DNA of 64,000 nt from Octopus sinensis (lineage: Eukaryota), in the NCBI RefSeq assembly GCF_006345805.1, contig NC_042997.1:194370001-194434000 (forward strand). The letters are read 5' to 3'. The position numbers were made by a program, and so were the translations under genes. Under the pieces are notes generated by a model. It saw nothing but the letters and a program-made list of their open reading frames with translations, did not search any database and was not told the DNA's origin. Shown here one piece after another: positions 60,338 through 64,000 of the stretch. Every line of letters starts with the position of its first letter. Position 1 is the stretch's first letter.

Positions 60338-60757
60338 CTTAATTCTTTATTGCCCTCAAGGGGCTAAACATAGAGGGGGACAAACAAGGACAGACAAAGG
60401 GATTAAGTCGATTACATCGACCCCAATGCATAACTGGTACTTAATCTATCGACCCCGAAAGGATGAAAGGCAAAGTCGACCTCGGTGGAATTTGAACTCA
60501 GAACGTAACGGCAGACGAAATACCTATTTCTTTACTACCTTCAAAGGGCTAAACACAGAGAGGACAAACAAGGACAGACAAACGGATTAAGTCGATTACA
60601 TCGACCCCCAGTGCATAACTGGTACTTAATTTATCGACTCCAAAAGGATGAAAGGCAAAGCTACCTCAGCGGAGTTTGAACTTAGAACGTAATGGCAGAC
60701 GAAATACAGCTAGGCATTTTGGCCGGCGCGCTAACGTTTCTGCCAGCTCGCCGCCTT
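60338..60757 (-). mobile_element. Family A SINE dimer inserted as one unit
   Basis: 16-bp TSD aggtatgtgaatgttt at 60322-60337 and 60758-60773. Confidence 0.85.
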
Positions 60758-61584
60758 AGGTATGTGAATGTTTATTTATGTGTGTGTGCAATGGCAGTGG
60801 TATGGTGAACATTCAATGCTGAAAAGAAAAATCACTGTTTCAACTCTGTGTGTGTGTATGTACAAGAGAAGTATATGAATTTTTGTATGTATGAATCATG
60901 TATGTATGTTCTTTCAGTAACAAACGATGGTTGGTCGATGTCACATCTCAAAAGACAAATACAAAACATTGACAAGTGTATTAATTTGATTTACCATCCA
61001 TATATTCTATCTGTTTTGTTAAAATTAATTATTAGTCACACACACCTACACAAACATATACATATACAAACTCATTGGAGAAAATAATTATTACCTGAGT
61101 GAATCAGAAATATAAAATGAATTCAGTCGAAAGGTATGTTATAAATTGGGTAATAAAAGAATTATTAAACTAAAAACTTGGTTTTGTACCTTTTTTATAT
61201 ACAAAATACTACAATTAACCATAATTTTTGACAGCACAGAGCCAGCCAGTCATAATATATTTAGCAAGGCAGGGCAGCAAGCTGGTAGAATTGTTAACAC
61301 ACTGGGCAAAATACTTAATGGTATTTCGTCTGTATTTACATTCTGAGTTCAAATTCCACTGAGGTTAACTTTGCCTTTCATCCTTTCAGGGTCGATAAAA
61401 TAAGTACCTGTTTGAGCACTGGGGTCAGTGCTTCCCAGCCTTTTTACCGTTGTGTAATCCTTAAGATGAATTACATGTCTCAGGGAACCCCTGCACAAAA
61501 AAAATTATATACCATATCTTTCTCATAGTTTTTTCATCATAGTTCACATGGTAAATATCTGTTACACACACACCTATATATATA

Positions 61585-61613
<29 letters not shown>

Positions 61614-61615
<2 letters not shown>

Positions 61616-61840
61616 AAATAAATATAAGAGAGTGGTCACTATATGGCTCACTCTATCACAGTTAATCCAAAAGGTTTCAACCACAAAAATACATGTTTCC
61701 CATGAAAGTCAGTACGATTGTTAGCTCACTAACAATCGTACTGACTTTCATGGGAAACATGTATTTTGTGTGTTGAAACCTTTTGGATTAAACTGGTGCT
61801 AGAGTGAGCCATATAGTGACCACTCTCTTATATTTATTTT
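61614..61840. repeat. Palindrome (about 110-bp arms, 4-nt loop), Penelope-like relic
   Basis: Centre gtacgattgttag ctca ctaacaatcgtac; adjacent to (TA)n. Confidence 0.9.
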
Positions 61841-61961
61841 GTAAAAATATTATAATATATTATAAAATATTATAATAATCCAGGTTTCTCGGAGCACTAG
61901 GCCACTTGGTGTTGAATAGATATACTATTAAATTAGTATCTAATTCTCTCACCCTTATTAA

Positions 61962-62010
<49 letters not shown>

Positions 62011-62257
62011 AGAGTTACGAAAAAAAACAAAAGACGAAGACAGGTGGTGTACAAAACAAACAGATGTATTAGTATAACGCTCAGGAATAGAAAAAGTCTT
62101 TTACATTTCGAGCCTACGCTCTTCTACAGAAAGGGACACAGAAAAAACAAGGAGAGAAAAAAAATGTGTGTAGTAGTGGCTACCGATCTATCATGGCGAT
62201 ATGTATATATATATATACATATATGTGTGTGTGTGGTTGGTATATTTTTTTGATAGT

Positions 62258-62628
62258 GGGGGTGCAATGGCCCAGTGGTTAGGCTAGTGGACTCGTGGTC
62301 GTAGTATCACGGTTTCAATCCCCAGACCATGCATTGTGAGTGTTCATTGAGCAAAAACCCCTAAAGCTCCACAAGGCTCCAGTGGGGGTGGAGGACGAAC
62401 CCTGCTGTACTCTTTCAGCACAACTTGCCCTCACTCTTTCTTCCCGTTTCTGTTGTACCTGTATTTCAAAGGGCCGGCCTTATCACACTCTGTGTCATGC
62501 AGAATCTCCCCGAAAACTACATTAAAGGTACACATGTCTGTGGAGTACTCAGCCACATGCACATTAATTTCATGAGCAGGCTGTTCTGTTGATTGGATCT
62601 GCGGCGTTGTAACCGACAGAGTGCCGCA
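62258..62628 (+). mobile_element. SINE family C variant with a different tail
   Basis: Same tRNA-like head as 53530; 3' part gtggagtactcagccacatgcacattaatttcatgagcaggctgttc. Confidence 0.7.
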
Positions 62629-62926
62629 AATTTTTTTGATAACATAATTGGTTAAATAGGATGATGTCTATATTACAATAACCAATAATATGTTGTGCAC
62701 GTATAGTAATATTACGATCATGAAATTAGCATCAGCTTATCTCACTCTTTCTCATGGAACCTCTAGGAACCTTTTGCAGAACCCTTGGGTTGTAGGAAAT
62801 CCTAGTTGAGAAACGCTTCTTTATATATATATATAATATTAATTAGAGACAAAACCACTATTTTGAAAAACAAACAAGGAAAGACTTAATCAATACATAA
62901 AATTTTAATAAAAAGTAAAAAAACCA

Positions 62927-62970
62927 CCACTACAATTGTTTCATGTCTTCTAATGACAATCTTCAGGTGG
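62927..62970 (-). ncRNA. Minimal type I hammerhead ribozyme (left arm, - strand)
   Basis: Exact reverse complement of 63032-63075. Confidence 0.7.
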
Positions 62971-63031
62971 ATTTCCGATTTTCAAATCAGTTTCAATTTA
63001 ACTGATTGAAACTGATTTGAAAATCGGAAAT

Positions 63032-63075
63032 CCACCTGAAGATTGTCATTAGAAGACATGAAACAATTGTAGTGG
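63032..63075 (+). ncRNA. Minimal type I hammerhead ribozyme (right arm, + strand)
   Basis: ccac CTGAAGA ttgtc attagaa gacat GAAA caattg TA gtgg: stem I, core, stem II tgtc/gaca, palindromic stem III, GUA triplet. Confidence 0.72.
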
Positions 63076-63456
63076 TGGTTTTTTTACTTTTTATTAAAAT
63101 TTTATGTATTGATTAAGTCTTTCCTTGTTGTTTTGCAAAATAGTGGTTTTGTCTCTAATTAATATTATATAATATTTTACTATAAAATGGATTTAATCCT
63201 AATCTGATTTTTTCCCTGTAAATTTGGATTTATTCCCTAATATTTATTATTATATATATATATATATATATATTACGATCATGAAATTAGCATTAGCTTA
63301 TCTCACTCTTTCTTGCGGAACCCTTAGGAACCTTTTGTGGAACCCTAGGGTTCTGGTTGAGAAACGCTGACTGGGATTAATGTAATCAACTTAACCCCTT
63401 TCTGCCAAAATTGCTAGCCTTGTGCCTAAATTATTAGCATGCCAGGCAAAATGCTT

Positions 63457-63847
63457 GCTCTTTTACATGTTTTAGCCATTTGACTGTGGCCATGCTGGAG
63501 CACCACCTTTAGTCAAGCAAATCGACCCCAGTACTTATTCTTTGTAAGCCTAGTACTATTGGTCTCTTTTGCCAAACTGCTAAGTTTTGGGGACATAAAC
63601 ACACCAACATCGGTTGTCAAGTGATGGTGGTAGGGGCTAAACACACACATACAAACACACTCACACACACACATATATATATATGATGGGCTTCTTTCAG
63701 TTTCCATCTACCAAATCCACTCACAAGGTTTTGGTCGGCCCAAGGCTATAGTAGAAGATACTTGCCCATGGTACCACACAGTGGGACTGAACCCGGGATT
63801 ATGTGATTGAGAAGCAAGCTTCTTTCGACACAGCCACACCTGCGCCT
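63457..63847 (-). mobile_element. SINE family B
   Basis: Consensus match. Confidence 0.85.
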
Positions 63848-64000
63848 AGTGGAATTTCATCCATCTTTACATTCCGAGTTCAAATTCCACTGAGGTCAAC
63901 TTTTGCCTTTCATCCTTTCGGGGGTCCTTAAAATAAGAACCAGTTGAGCACTGAGGTCAATGTAATCGACTTACCCCTTCTCCCCGAATTGCTGGCCTTG

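Larger units (their letters stand above)
62830..63172. repeat. Near-perfect palindrome (about 165-bp arms, 7-nt loop)
   Basis: Centre aatcagtttcaat ttaactg attgaaactgatt. Confidence 0.92.
61426..63369. mobile_element. hAT-like MITE expanded to ~1.9 kb by nested insertions, inserted in a family A SINE
   Basis: Ends cagtgcttccc / gagaaacgctg; TSD actggggt/actgggat; host SINE resumes at 63378. Confidence 0.7.

Overview
Eukaryotic, AT-rich, repeat-saturated DNA. The SINE families and microsatellite content strongly suggest an octopus (coleoid cephalopod); this is an inference, not a database result. One host gene is reconstructable by eye: 12 small + strand coding exons (12605-59809), all with GT-AG boundaries and matching phases, giving about 471 uninterrupted codons that continue past the window. 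The product resembles a divergent Rab-GAP/TBC-domain protein without recognisable catalytic R- and Q-fingers. Almost everything else is transposon-derived: decayed piggyBac, Tigger/pogo, Tc1/mariner, RTE and CR1 relics, hAT-, piggyBac-, Merlin- and MULE-like non-autonomous elements with visible target-site duplications (TSDs), Helitron-like elements, at least three tRNA-derived SINE families and long microsatellites. Most ORF-track entries are artefacts of these repeats. Highlights are minimal hammerhead ribozymes in palindromic Penelope-like relics beside (TA)n tracts, SINE multimers inserted as single units with a fixed junction, a 3.7 kb cargo-carrying TIR element, and several multi-level nested insertions. 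Repeat boundaries were read manually and may be a few bases off.
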